From NCBI RefSeq assembly GCF_006345805.1, contig NW_021832398.1, positions 1-61,163 of the forward strand: a DNA stretch of 61,163 bases, written 5' to 3'. The DNA is from Octopus sinensis. Taxonomy: Eukaryota. Numbering within the stretch: the stretch's first letter is position 1; every line of letters starts with the position of its first letter. A program made the position numbers and the translations under genes. Below the pieces are notes generated by a model. The model saw nothing but the letters and a program-made list of their open reading frames with translations. It searched no databases and was not told where the DNA came from. Below, in pieces: positions 26,441-39,084 of this stretch.

Positions 26441-27090
26441 CAATTCTCTCTCTCTCTGAAGACAATAGTTAGCTTATATGGAAATCTTCACTCAATAATA
26501 TATGCTCCACACGTTCAGCTATTCTAGAAAATTGCTGTAAGAGACTTTACGCCTTACTTCATAATCTTGTATTTACTATAACTACTCTACACTATATTTA
26601 AATTATAGATTAAATGTTCTGAAGTGATATCACATGGTTTACTTGTTCATTCTCTCTTTCGAATATATATCTACCCACTCAACTTCTAGTCATCATTAAT
26701 AGTCAGCCGTTGTTCAAGCCAGACTTTTAGGTATAATCCAAACTGAACACTTATAGTTCACACCTATTACATTACTCCATTAGATGAAAACTTTTTGTAT
26801 GTATATATATGGATAATTATGGCCAACTTTTAGTTACATGTGAACACTTCTAGGCTTCATCACTACTTCAGTTCTCAACTAAATTAAATGCAACTTTTTT
26901 ATCAATGGTGGTCCAGTTTTCAGCTACATTTTGAGGTAAAATAATTGGAATTTGGTTCAGTCAAAAAAGAAAAAAAATTTAAAAATTCAATCAAAATATC
27001 AAAATATGTGAGATCAAAAATGGGAGAGTAAAGTAAAATATTGAGTTTGAATCAAAATATTGTACCTATTATTATAGAAAATTGTAAAAT

Positions 27091-27475
27091 AGGTGCAGGA
27101 GTGGCTGTGTGGTAAGTAGCTTGCTTACCAACCACATGGTTCTGGGTTCAGTCTCACTGCGTGGCACCTTGGGCAAGTGTCTTCTGCTATAGCCTCAGGC
27201 CAACCAAGGCTTTGTGAGTGGATTTGGTAGATGGAAACTGAAAAGAAACCTGTTGTATATATATATATGTGTGTGTGTTTGTACCCCTACCATCGATTGA
27301 CAACCAATGCTGGTGTGTTTACGTCCCCGCAACTTAGCAGCTTGGCGAAAAAGACTGACAGAATAAGTACTAGGCTTACAAAGAATAAGTTCTGGGGTTG
27401 ATTTATTTGAGTAAAGGTGGTGTTCCAGCATGGCCACAGTCAAATGACTGAAACAAATAAAAGAGTGAAAGAGTA
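27091..27475 (+). mobile_element. tRNA-derived SINE type A, near full-length
   Basis: A-box-like tggctgtgtggt, B-box-like ggttcagtc, CORE-like ccttgggcaagtg, tail cagtcaaatgactgaaac; several copies in the window. Confidence 0.85.
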
Positions 27476-27678
27476 AAAGTTGTTTTCAAATGAAGGAGCT
27501 CTATGGGATGAATGTTATAGTGAAAACCTCATCACAAAATATTAGCTATAAAAGAAGTGGTGTGGCTTTAAGTGATGAAAAAAAGGCTATCATTTTAACA
27601 AATTAAAATATTTTCATCATTTTAAGATATTTAGCATTATAAAAGACAATATCTGATGTCATGGCTCACTTAGCTTAA

Positions 27679-28764
27679 CCCTTTCGTTACTATATTTCTG
27701 ACCAAAATACACCCCTTATGTGTTTCAATTAATTTCTAACGTAATCATAAATTTAGTCTGGTTTCATTAAACAACTATAACTTTTTTATTTATCGATATA
27801 TTAATCTGATTTTTGGAAGATAATTTAATGAAATATTCTCAACCAATTCTATACTATAATTTTTGTCACAAGGTGACTCTAATTGCAGGTAGATACAGGT
27901 AAATTCCACAAAATATAAAATTATTAAAATTTTGTTCAAACATCGCTTATAGAAAATGGGTTATTAGCTAATATTCAATTGGGTATACAAGAAAATTTTA
28001 CGATAGAATTTGTTATTCTGGGTAACTTTCTGATACCCATAATAATATTTATGGCAAAATAGTCTTAATTTCATTTAAGGTTGTGGGAAACCACCAACTA
28101 TCGTTTCTTTCGCTTTGTTTACGTTTAGCGTAACGGTTCGTTTCCGCCATAATGATTTCAAATAGGCTCAATCGAAAAAGTAAATAGAAATAGCCTAAGG
28201 CTTTACTCTCCTGGGAAAGTCTGTGGCTTGATCCAGTTTCTTCAGAAAAATCACCGAAAGAAACAGTTTTTAAATTTTCACTCCATTCAGGTGCCAATTC
28301 ATTTTCTTTATCACTGTCGGAGATCTCGGATTCACAGTTTTCACTTTCGGAAAATGAAACATCAGATTCATTATCAAATACCACATGCTTTTTTTTTTCA
28401 GTCATAGAGTTAGATTTATGAAGGTCTTCAGTAGAAAATCCTTCGAATTCTGACTCGCTGCTTGATATAATGAAATTCGTATCCATTTTTTGTCAGAATT
28501 ACAAATTTTGAAAACACAATAGGAACAAATTTCGGAAAAAAATCTCCCAAAATTCACGGAATTAAAATTACACTTCGTTATTGTACAAAACTGTAGTTGA
28601 ACTGTTTACGAAGTATAATACGTGTTTTCACGAATGTACTGAAGAGATTTGCTCTGATATTCTCATTTAAATATGAATAGGTAAATTCGGGCAGCTTTGG
28701 GCGGTTTGGTCTCATAAACCAAACTTTTTTTCGGGCGGCTTTGGGCGGTTTGGTAACGAAAGGG
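27679..28764 (-). mobile_element. Internally deleted piggyBac transposon
   Basis: TTAA duplications at 27675 and 28765; perfect 12-bp TIR CCCTTTCGTTAC; ORF 28049-28486 with acidic N-terminus and YFYLLF...IMAETNRYA. Confidence 0.92.
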
Positions 28765-29672
28765 TTAATGGTACAGAGCACTTAACTGGAGTTTGGGATG
28801 CATATGGTTCAATTCTCTTTAGCAGCCTGCTAGCCACTTTTTTCTTTGTTTTCTAAGGGTAATTAGCTGATCTAAGTTGTTTTCACTGTTATTCTGTGTT
28901 TGAGATTTCATTTATTTTTTTGTAAAATGCCATTTCAAAAAGCCGTTCAAAGTTATTTTTACAATCAAATTTTAGTCACTTGCAAACTTTTCTAAGCTTC
29001 ATTACTAATTCAATTCTCAACCTATTTAAATGCTATATTTCTATTATTCACTGATGACAATGAGTGAATATATTCTTAAGGTCAACTTTTAGTTACTTTT
29101 GAGCACTTCTAGACGTCACTAATTCATTTGTCATCCAGATTAAATGTTTCTTTTATCAATGATGATACAGTCTTCAGCTACATCTTGGGATAAAATAATT
29201 GAAATTTGATTCATTCAAAATAAAAGTTTGGTCAAAATATGTGAGGCAAAAAATTGACTTTGAATCAAAATATCTCAGCTATTATAAAGGAAAAGTATAG
29301 ATTAATGGGGTTTAAAAGAATGTGCTCATTAAGAAGAATCTTTTAGTGAAAACCTTGTTTAAGAGTATTTACTATGAAAAAGTTGTGTGGCTTTGTGACT
29401 TAAAAATAATCTCTCAAATTGACTTCAGATCAAAATATTTCAGCTATTGTAAGAGAAAACTATACAATAATTGTGTTCAAATGAAAGAGCCCTATGAAAT
29501 GTATCTTCTGGTGGAAACCTTGTAAAAAAATTTTTAGCTACAATAAAAGTGGTGTGGTTTTAAGTGATGACAAAGGTGATCAACAAATAATATTTTTTTC
29601 ATTTTAAGATATTTTTAACACTATAAAAGACAGATTTAGCATTATAAACGAGGTCTCTGACATTAGGGGGTC

Positions 29673-29742
29673 AGTCACTTAGCTTAATGGTAGATAGCAC
29701 TCAGCTGAAGTTTGAGTACAGGGTTTGATTCTCTGTAGCAGC
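29673..29742 (+). pseudogene. tRNA-like relic (GAA/Phe-like anticodon arm), tRNA pseudogene or SINE head
   Basis: A-box tagcttaatggtaga, arm CTCAG-CTGAAGT-TTGAG, B-box ggtttgattc; acceptor stem not convincing. Confidence 0.45.
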
Positions 29743-29884
29743 TTGCTAGGTACTTTTTTCCTCATTTTCTAAGGGTAATTAATTAATTTTCTAAGTTGTT
29801 TTTACTGTTATTTGAGATTTACTTCTGATGAAGGAAGCTCTCTGAGAAGGTGCATATGGTAAAAACCTTGTCAAAAAATATTTC

Positions 29885-30112
29885 TTTCTTTATTGCCCAC
29901 AGGGGGCTAAACATAGAGGGAACAAACAAGGACAGATAAAGAGATTAAGTTGATTACATCAACCACAGTACATAACAAGTACCTATTTAATTGACCCTGA
30001 AACAATGAAAGGCAAAGTTGACCTTGGCGGAATTTGAAGTCAGATTGTAACAGCAGACAAAATACCACTAAGCATTTCACCCGGTGTGCTAACATTTCTG
30101 CCAGCTTTCTTG
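29885..30112 (-). mobile_element. tRNA-derived SINE type B, diverged
   Basis: Homologous to 48598-48830. Confidence 0.8.
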
Positions 30113-30354
30113 TCAAAAAAAAAAAAAAAAAAATTACCTAATAAAAGTTGTGTAGCTTTAAGTGATGAAAAAGTGATAAGAGATCAAAATATTTTTGTCA
30201 TTTTTAAGAGAAAAATATTTGAACTCAAATGAAAGCATTCAAGATGAATATATTGCAGACCTGTCTAAAAATATTAAGCTTAAAAAAAAATTATGATGTT
30301 TTGCCATTTCACATTAGTTTTTATTATTTTGTTTACATATTAGAATTCTTTTTT

Positions 30355-30705
30355 ACTTTTCTTTACTTGTTTCAGTCATTTGACTGTGGCCATGCTGGAG
30401 CACTGCCTTTAGTCGAGCAAATCGACCCCAGAGCTTATTCTTTGTAAGCCTAGTACTTATTCTATTGGTCTCTTTTGCTGAACTGCTATGTTACAGGGAT
30501 GTGAACACATCAGCATCGATTGTCAAGTGATGTTGGGGGGATAAACACAGACACACAAACATACACACACACATACATACATATATATATGATTATACAT
30601 ATACACACATACATATATGACAGGCTTCTTCCAGTTTCCATCTACCAAATCCACTCACAAGGCTTTGGTTGGCCCGAGGCTATAGTAGAAGACAATTGCT
30701 CAAGG
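30355..30705 (-). mobile_element. SINE type A, head truncated
   Basis: Reverse complement of ~27165-27470. Confidence 0.8.
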
Positions 30706-31451
30706 TGTAACAGATATGCTGCAGTTAATCCTTTGCTGTTTTTATGTTCAAACAAAATTTTAAAGTTTGAACAAAATCTATATTTAAAACATATTTATGG
30801 TAGTATCATTTTTTCAGTTATAAAGATAAATATAATTATAATAATAGTAGCTATCATTATCAATTTTTGAAAATATTTAAATGTAATTTCTACTGTCCTT
30901 TTTCTTGGAGAGCATCCAAAAAGAAGCATTTTGATACCTCATTTATGAAATTATAGATGAGGGGAACAATACAAGATCAGACATCATGTATCGGGTTTTA
31001 CAGAATGTAATTGGCATAGAGAATTAACAAAATATAAAGAAAACCAGCTTACATAGGACATTTGCTGGTGATCCGTCAGCCAAGCTCCATGCTTGTACAA
31101 AAAGATGAATTTCTCCAAATTGCTAGTTTCAATACATCTTTCTCATATATATTTATGTGTATATATAAATATATATCAAGCATGATAGAGGTTATGCAAC
31201 CATCTAAGGGATAGATGTATCCATAGGCACTCTTGGTGTATTACCTCAATATGTATAGTCCTTGTTATAAGTTATACGGTAGTAGGTAATTTAAAGGCAA
31301 AACCATGGTTTAATATATATATATATTGAGAAAATAAATGGAGCAATAATTAACAATGAGAAGTGGATCATTAGTGTTTAAAAGTCATTGTTTAATTCAG
31401 TTTGGAACCATTTACAGCTGTTTCTGTTAATTATTGCTTCATTTCTTATCT

Positions 31452-31519
<68 letters not shown>

Positions 31520-31584
31520 GTGTATATATGTATGATGATTGATGATGTGTCTATATAAACACGTATATATATATATATATATAT

Positions 31585-31886
31585 TGTGGAGGCACAATAG
31601 CACAGTGGTTAGGGCAGCGGACTCACGGTCGTAGGATCGCGGTTTCAATTCCCAGACCAGGCGTTGTGAGTGTTTATTGAGCAAAAACCCCAAAAGCTTC
31701 ACGAGGCTGCGGCAGGGGGTGATGGCGATCCCTGTTGTACTCTTTCACAACAAAATTCCTCTCACTCTATCTTCTGTTGGCCTGCTCACTTAGCCAGTGG
31801 GGTGGCGTTGTTTGAAGGCTAAAACAATGCAAAGCGCATTGTGACCAGCAATGTGTAGCAACATCTGATAGCCTGGTCGGTCACGA
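31585..31886 (+). mobile_element. tRNA-derived SINE type C
   Basis: A-box tagcacagtggttagggc, B-box ggtttcaattccc; a fragment recurs inverted at ~42905-42945. Confidence 0.7.
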
Positions 31887-31924
31887 TGATATATATATAT
31901 ATTTATATTTATTTTTGTTATGTT

Positions 31925-32930
31925 TTTCGTCCCCCCAAGACTACAGATAGAACTTGCTTTCTATATTATGTCTACGCACAAGTTTTTTGTCTCATTATAC
32001 CTTTTACTTTTATTTTATTTATATATATTTTTTATACATATATTATAGAGAATTTGGTTTATAGATATATTTTTTACACATAATTTTTTCTGTACTCTAC
32101 CTTCCACCCTGCATTTTTCCCTGTGCCTATATAGACGTGTATATGGAATCCTTTGTACACGTGTGTGGATGTGTACATGTGTGCGGGTATGTATGTATAT
32201 AGATGTGTGCGTGTGTGTGGAGATACGAGTACATATATGTATAGACGTATTTTACTCAGTGTTTTTACAATTTTTCCAGTGTTTTGTTTTTTAGACATAT
32301 GTATAATCCTTTTTGTGTGTGCGCGTGTGTGTGTATGCATATATAGACGTGTGCGGGTATGTGCATATATGGACGTGTGTGTGCATAAGGGTATGTCCAT
32401 ATATGAACATGGTTTACTCTTTGTCTACTTCCTTATGCCTTTTTTCTGTATTGTTAACCGTAACCCTGTTTTTTTTCTTGTGCTTGTGCATATGTAGACG
32501 TATGTATGAACTAAGGTACGGTGTGCACACACACACATACGTGTGTGTGTGTGGGTTTGTATGTATATGCATATACATTTGGCAAAAGATGCGAGTGAAG
32601 ATGTATACATTTTTCTAGTGAGGGTGGAAGAATGTATGCGTACGCACGTGGGTGTGCGGGCGCACATGTGTACGTATAAACGGGCGCACTTATGCATATG
32701 CTATGAACTTTTTACTCCCTTACCTTACTTAGCAGTCATTCGATAGTGCTTTTGTCTAAACAGCAGTCAATAACACAGTAATTTCCCTTTGTATAACGGT
32801 CATTTTTCATAGCGTTTTTCTGATGGCCGGATAACTGAAGAGATGGTGGCGTGGATTTCCACCTTGGCATCCGAAACTCAGAGTTTTATCTTGGCTACCG
32901 AATAATTGTCAAATATTACATTTACAGATA
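31925..32930 (+). mobile_element. Probable Penelope-like 3' terminal segment or non-autonomous derivative
   Basis: T-rich / TG-rich / T-rich / hammerhead layout parallels 17505-18800. Confidence 0.45.
32824..32897 (+). ncRNA. Type I hammerhead ribozyme
   Basis: CUGAAGA 32835-32841, GAAA 32873-32876, ~11-bp stem I, palindromic stem III ACTC-A-GAGT, GUU site (cleavage after 32885). Confidence 0.75.
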
Positions 32931-32969
32931 TGTTTATATATGTTTATATATATATATATATATATATGG

Positions 32970-34682
32970 ATATATTTTTAGTTTCAGCTCAGAGCTGCGG
33001 CCATGCTGAGGCACCGCCGTTTTGTGCTACACTGTTATTACTAAGAGCCTCCTCTAATATGTGGCACTTGGTGAAGAATGGAGTTTGATATAGCTACCCT
33101 CATTTACACCTCTTGCCTTGATGTAGGTTCATCTGGGACTCTCGACAGGAAGAGGTCCAGCTTTGATTTAAAAACTGCTACATCTACTTTGTGCAAGTTC
33201 CTCAGACTCTTTGGGAGAATATTAAAAAGCCGTGGGCCCTTGAAACTCAGGCTGTTGCAGTAGCTGGTCCTGAAGTGTGATGGCATTGCTGGGATCTTTG
33301 GCATTATGCAGTGTCGTCCCGTTCTAGCATTGGTGTAGTTTTCAATGCCAAAATTTGGCACAATTCCTTCCAGGATCTTCCAGATATATATTACTGCATA
33401 CTTCTCCTGTCTTCTCTCCAGGGAGTAGAGTTTTAGCTGTTTCAACCTTTCCCAGTAGCTGAGCTGTTGCAAAGAGATGATCTTCTTTGTGAATCTTCTC
33501 TGGATTGCTTCAAGGTCCGCTGTTAATTTCACACTGGTGGGTGATCATAGCTGTGAGCAGTAATCCAGGCGGCTGAGGACGAATGTCCACCAGAGGAGCA
33601 TCATGGTTTCCTTATCTCTGGTTCCGAATGTTCTTAGGATCCATCCAGCCAGTGGTCTGCACTTTGTCGCCATCCTAGTATTGTGCACTTGGAAAGAGTT
33701 ATCATCACTCGTGTCGATACCCAGGTCCATCACAGATTTAGGCTCTGGGATTGAAATTCCCTGTGGACCGGTGTACCCTGTAAGTTTCATATTCAGTTTT
33801 GGATGCTGGTAGCACAGGGCCAGGAATTTTTCAGCATTAAACTGCTTATTATTATCCTCAGCCCATCTGTAGATTGAGTCCAACTCCTGCTGCAGGTATG
33901 CAACATCGCTGGGGTTCTGTATTTTCTGTGAGACTTTCGTATCATCTGCATAGCTTGCCAGAGTGGCTATCTGGGCATTTGAGGGCATATCTGAGAGGGC
34001 CACTATAAAAAGCAGTGGTCCCAAGACAGTGCCCTGTGGAACACCGCTCACTATTTGTGTGTTCATAGAGGTGGCTCCGTTAACCACCACTGCCTGACTC
34101 CTATCTTTCAGGAAGTCATGTAACCACACTCCAAGTTTTCCAGCTATGCTGGGATCACGCAGTTTGTGACATATCATATCATGATCCACCTTGTCAAAAG
34201 CTTTTGCAAAATCAAGGTATATTACGTCCACATTTTATTTGTTGAGTAACTGCCTCAATGCCCAGTCAGAATGTTGTAAGAGCTGGGTCAGGCAGCTCCT
34301 ACTTGGTCAAATACCATGCTGGGTGTCACTCAGTAAGTTATTTTCCTCAAGGAATGCGATTAGTTTCCCTCTCACTATCTGTTCCATGACTTTGCTGATG
34401 TGTGATGTCAGAGAGATAGGCCTATAGTTTTTGGCATCTGCTCTGCTTCCTCCTTTATGTATTGGGCATATTATTCCCTCTTTCAGCTTGCTTGGCAGTT
34501 TGCCATTTGTAAGAAAGCTCTGGAAGAGAATCTTGAGGGGTTTTGCCAGGGCATGCTTACACACTTTGAGGAGGATTGCTAGGAAACCATCAGGACCGGC
34601 AGTTGAGTTTGTGTCCACTTTATCTATGGCTAGTAGTATATCTTCTTCACTAATGTCAATGTATTCCATTGTAACTGCCTCG
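32970..34682 (-). mobile_element. 5'-truncated CR1/L2-clade LINE (RT and 3' tail)
   Basis: NYRPISLTSHISKVME, YLDFAKAFDKVDH, GVPQGTVLGPLLF, YADDTK. Confidence 0.92.
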
Positions 34683-34844
34683 CTGGTTATATATATATGT
34701 TTATATAGGTTTATATATATATATGTTATATATATACATATATATATGTATATATATATATGTTTATATGTATGTTTATATATATATATATATATATATA
34801 TGTTATATATATATGTATATATATATGTGTGTGTGTGTGTGCGT

Positions 34845-34900
<56 letters not shown>

Positions 34901-35004
34901 AACATGTAAGTCTATATGAGGCTGTATTTATATAGAGAAATGAATTTAAGGTAATGTTAATGCTAGTTTGTCATAACCCTTATTATTATCTTATAGATGT
35001 GTGT

Positions 35005-35195
35005 GTGTTCCCCCATCACATTTTCACAATTGATGTTGCTGTGTTTATGTCCCCATAACTTAGAGGTTTGACAAAAGAAACCGATAGAATAAGTACTACG
35101 CTTAAGAAATAGGTTCTTGAGTTGATTTGACTAAACCCCTTCAAGGTGGTGGTCCAGTGTGGGTGCAATCAAATGACTGAAACAAGTAAAAGAAT
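35005..35195 (+). mobile_element. SINE type A 3' half
   Basis: Matches ~27290-27465. Confidence 0.7.
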
Positions 35196-35814
35196 ACACA
35201 CACACACACACACGCATATAGTTATAATAAAAACTACAAGTCTCATTAAATATAGCTACCCAGGGTTTCCTGATCAAAACATTAGTTTATTTCACTGTTG
35301 TTTTTTCAAGTTCTTCAGTTGCTTTTTTAAGCAGATGATGGGTGCTAATAAGGAAGAAGGCAAAAGAAAAAATACAAGGGAAATAAACAACATTTACAAT
35401 AAACCAATGTCAAGAAGCTGTAAATAAACATCAATGGTTTACTATGTGCCTAGTGGTCTATTTTGAAATTCTGCCAAGATTTATTTCTTAAAATGTGGAT
35501 ATAGTCATTGGCGGATCTCAAGTTCCTTAAGAGATATAGATTTTTGGAGAGAATTTTCCATTCTGTAGTCAGTTTTTTCATCTTTAAATTAATAATGTAA
35601 CTGTGGAAAGGAGTTTAAATCCAGGTATAGCAAGCCTATTTCGAAATTTTGGCAGCATAATAAGAGATATTCAACAACCTTTTGGATTTAATCTGGATGT
35701 TTAAAGAGAAGGAACCAGCTACTACATCAGATGGAAAACTCTCTCCAAAACCAGATCCTAAGTTAATGGGTCCAAAAGATGTTCAGTATGGTCTCTTGAT
35801 AAACTATATCTTAA

Positions 35815-37479
35815 CCCTTTAGTGTTCATTCAGATTAATCTGTCAAATGTAATGCTTATTTGTTCACGTTATTTTGAATTATCCATGTTCAAAAGGGGTG
35901 TCCACAATATTTGCTTGTAACTGTATTAATTTTTTTTATATACAGATTTGAAATTTTGTCAATAGGTACTTATATAGTAATTTTAACTGATCTTTTTGAT
36001 TAAATTTGATTTTTATGAGCAGGTAAATTTAATTAACAGGTGTAAAAGCAATAACATTATGGATAAATGCTAAAACTGAAATTCTTAATGCATCTTTCCT
36101 GTTTGATTTGTTACTAAAATTATTCCAGATGTCAACCACTAACAATTTCGCCACTTTTCAAGATGTGGTACATTCATTCGAATTAATTAAAATACAAGTG
36201 TAATTGGTACAAGATTTTATTCTTTTTCAAACATTTTCATTGAAAATAAAGTACAAAACTCTTATACTAGTCAATATACTATTGGCTATATACTCTTATA
36301 CTATTGATGTATACATTTACAGAACAGAATGCATCTAATAAAAAAAAAAGCTCATTAACAGGTGAGACAAAAGTGAATACAGGTGTGTAACATAGTGAAA
36401 ATTAATATGTATTTCTCACCTTCACATATTATTTATAATAAAATAAAAGGAATATATGATAGTATTACTATCAAACAACAAAATATAGTTATGCCATATT
36501 TCTATTGTGAAACTGTCCCTTTACACAAGGGCACTTCACAAAATGAACACATATATGAGGTCTCGACCTGATATCCTTTTACATTTTTTTTTTTTTTGCA
36601 GCAAACACAGTCTGCAAACTTGTTTCCTTTCATTTATTTTTTCTACTTTATGGAAGTCAGTATTTTCTCTGTTGACATCCACCTCAGTTAATTATGCTTT
36701 TCTCCAAGTTTTGTGCTTTCAGGAAGAAAAGCCCTCATGTAACTGAGATGTGATGTCAAATGCTCGTAGTCCTTGTGGCTTTTTACATATGAATTAACTA
36801 TAATTAGACATAATGCAGGAGATATATAGATCACCATACCTTGTATCAGGACTTCAGTAGTTCCACAGTCGAGGAAGCTGCTTGATACCAAACATAATGT
36901 TTATAGTAAAAAAAAGGCTCGCATTTCTGCAGTATTAGTTGGTTAGTGAGCATATTTATTTGTTTCAGCCGCGACAGTTTCAATAAAAATTTTCCGTAAA
37001 AATAAATAGTCCAATGGTTGAGCAGGTAGACTGTGTTGTGGACTAGTCTTTTTTGTGAAATTGAGAATTCTGGTTGATGTAGTAATCTTCAACAATGTTT
37101 GAATATCATTTTCATCACTTTCATTATTAAAATCTTCCTTGTCCAACAAAAATTTGTAAATATGAATATCAGATTTGTCCAAAGACAAATCACTTGTTTT
37201 CGTTTATATTTTGTAAAACCTGCAAAGATGGAATTGCTACTTGCTGACCCCATATTAAAAATCAAGATATGCACTACTCTTCAAACATTGAAAAAACCAA
37301 AAATCTATTTGTACTTGAATAAAGGTGGAAAAGGCTTAATCTCAAAGCTATGAGAATTCAGTAACAGGATTTTTTTTTGTGATTTTTTTAGAGCAATCAG
37401 ATACAGCTGTATTTGGCTGGTCTAAACAAACAAATGGATATTATTTTCAGCCAGTTTTGGCTGGTCTGAACACTAGAGG
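35815..37479 (-). mobile_element. Second internally deleted piggyBac
   Basis: TTAA at 35811 and 37480; TIR CCCTTTAGTGTTCA / TGAACACTAGAGG; QPLDYLFL...VAAETNKYA in ORF 36943-37188. Confidence 0.8.
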
Positions 37480-37549
37480 TTAAAGAACTTGAGAGCCTTC
37501 AAAAAGTATATAATTTCCAGGAAAGAGATATTGTCTGTATGTCCTCATT

Positions 37550-38690
37550 AGTTACTAGTCATTGCCTCGGTGAGGCCTAATGTTCGAAGGTCGTGCTTCA
37601 CCACTTCATCCCAGGTCTTCCCGGGTCTACCTCTTCAACAGGTTCCTTCAACTGCTAAGGTGTGGCACTTTTTCACACAGCTATCCTCATCCATTCTTGC
37701 TACATGACCATACCAGCACAGTCATCTCTCTTGCACACCACATCTGATGCTTCTTAGATCCAACTTTTCTCTCAAGGTACTTACACTCAGTTGAGTATGC
37801 ACACTGACATTACACATCCATTGGATCATACTGGCTTCATTCCTTGAGAGAAAAGTTGGACATGAGAAGCATCAGATGTAGTGTGCAAGAGAATGACTGT
37901 GGTGTGCAAGAGAGATGACTGTGGTGTGCAAGAGAGACGACTGTGGTGTGTGAGAGAGATGACTGTGGTGGTATGGTTATGTGGTGAGAATGGATGAGGA
38001 TAGCTGTGTGAAAAAGTGCCACACCCTAGCGGTTGAAGGAACTTGTGGAAGAGGTAGACCAGGAAGACTTGGGATGAAGTGGTAAAGCACGACCGAGGCA
38101 ATGACTAGTGACCGAGACCTTTGGAAATATGCTGAGACCATAACCACGTGGCCTATGCCAGGGATGTAACCAGCACACTTATGCGTACCTTTCCTTCGTT
38201 GGACACTAAAACTCTGCTTGCGAAGACCTGTTGAAGCAAGTGAAATTGAAATCAAATTCGATGACTGGCATCTGTACTAGTGGAGCGTGGTTGTTGCCAG
38301 AGCAGCTAACTGGCTTCTGTGCTGGTGGCACGTAAAAAGCACCATTCGAGCATGATAGTTACCAGCATCGCCTTACTGGCACATGAAGAAACATTTGAGC
38401 GAGGTCGTTGCCAGTGCCGCTGAACTGGCTTCTCTACAGGTGGTACGCGAAATACACCATTTGAGCATGGCTGTGGCCGTTGCCAGTATTGCCTACTGGC
38501 CCTTGTGCTGGTAGCACGTAAAAGCACCCACTACACTCTCAGAGTGGTTGGCGTTAGGAAGGGCATCCAGCTGTAGAAACTCTGCCAGATCAGATTGGAG
38601 CCTGGTGCAGCCATCTACTCGACAGTCCTCAGTCAAATCGTCCAACCCATGCTAGCATGGAAAGAGGACATTAAACAATGATGATGATGG
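37550..38690. mobile_element. Two RTE 3' fragments joined head-to-head (minus 37550-37848, plus 37849-38690)
   Basis: Both arms cover the same ORF-end segment; (GAT)n tail at ~38680. Confidence 0.85.
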
Positions 38691-39084
38691 TTTATTGTAC
38701 TGTTGGTTATCTGTCTTGTGTTTTTCTTTTTGCCGGTTTCCCAGTCACTGTCCCTTGTTTAAACACCATCTCCTCAAACTGACAAACAGCTTGAAAAATG
38801 ACAACATAAATTAATGTTTTCACCAGGAAACCCTGGGTAGCTGTATTTAACAAGTTCTGGTTTTTATTATAAAACTTTCTTTACTCTCTTAGCTGATCAA
38901 GTGCTTTCTTCTTGTTGAAGCCATACCATATAATTCTCTCTCTATATATATATTATACACATATGTGTATATGCTTCTGTGTGTATATATATATATATTA
39001 TATATATATATATACACACACATGTATATATGCATCTGTGTGTAAGTGTGTGTGTATATGCATACACGATGTGATGAATAAATT

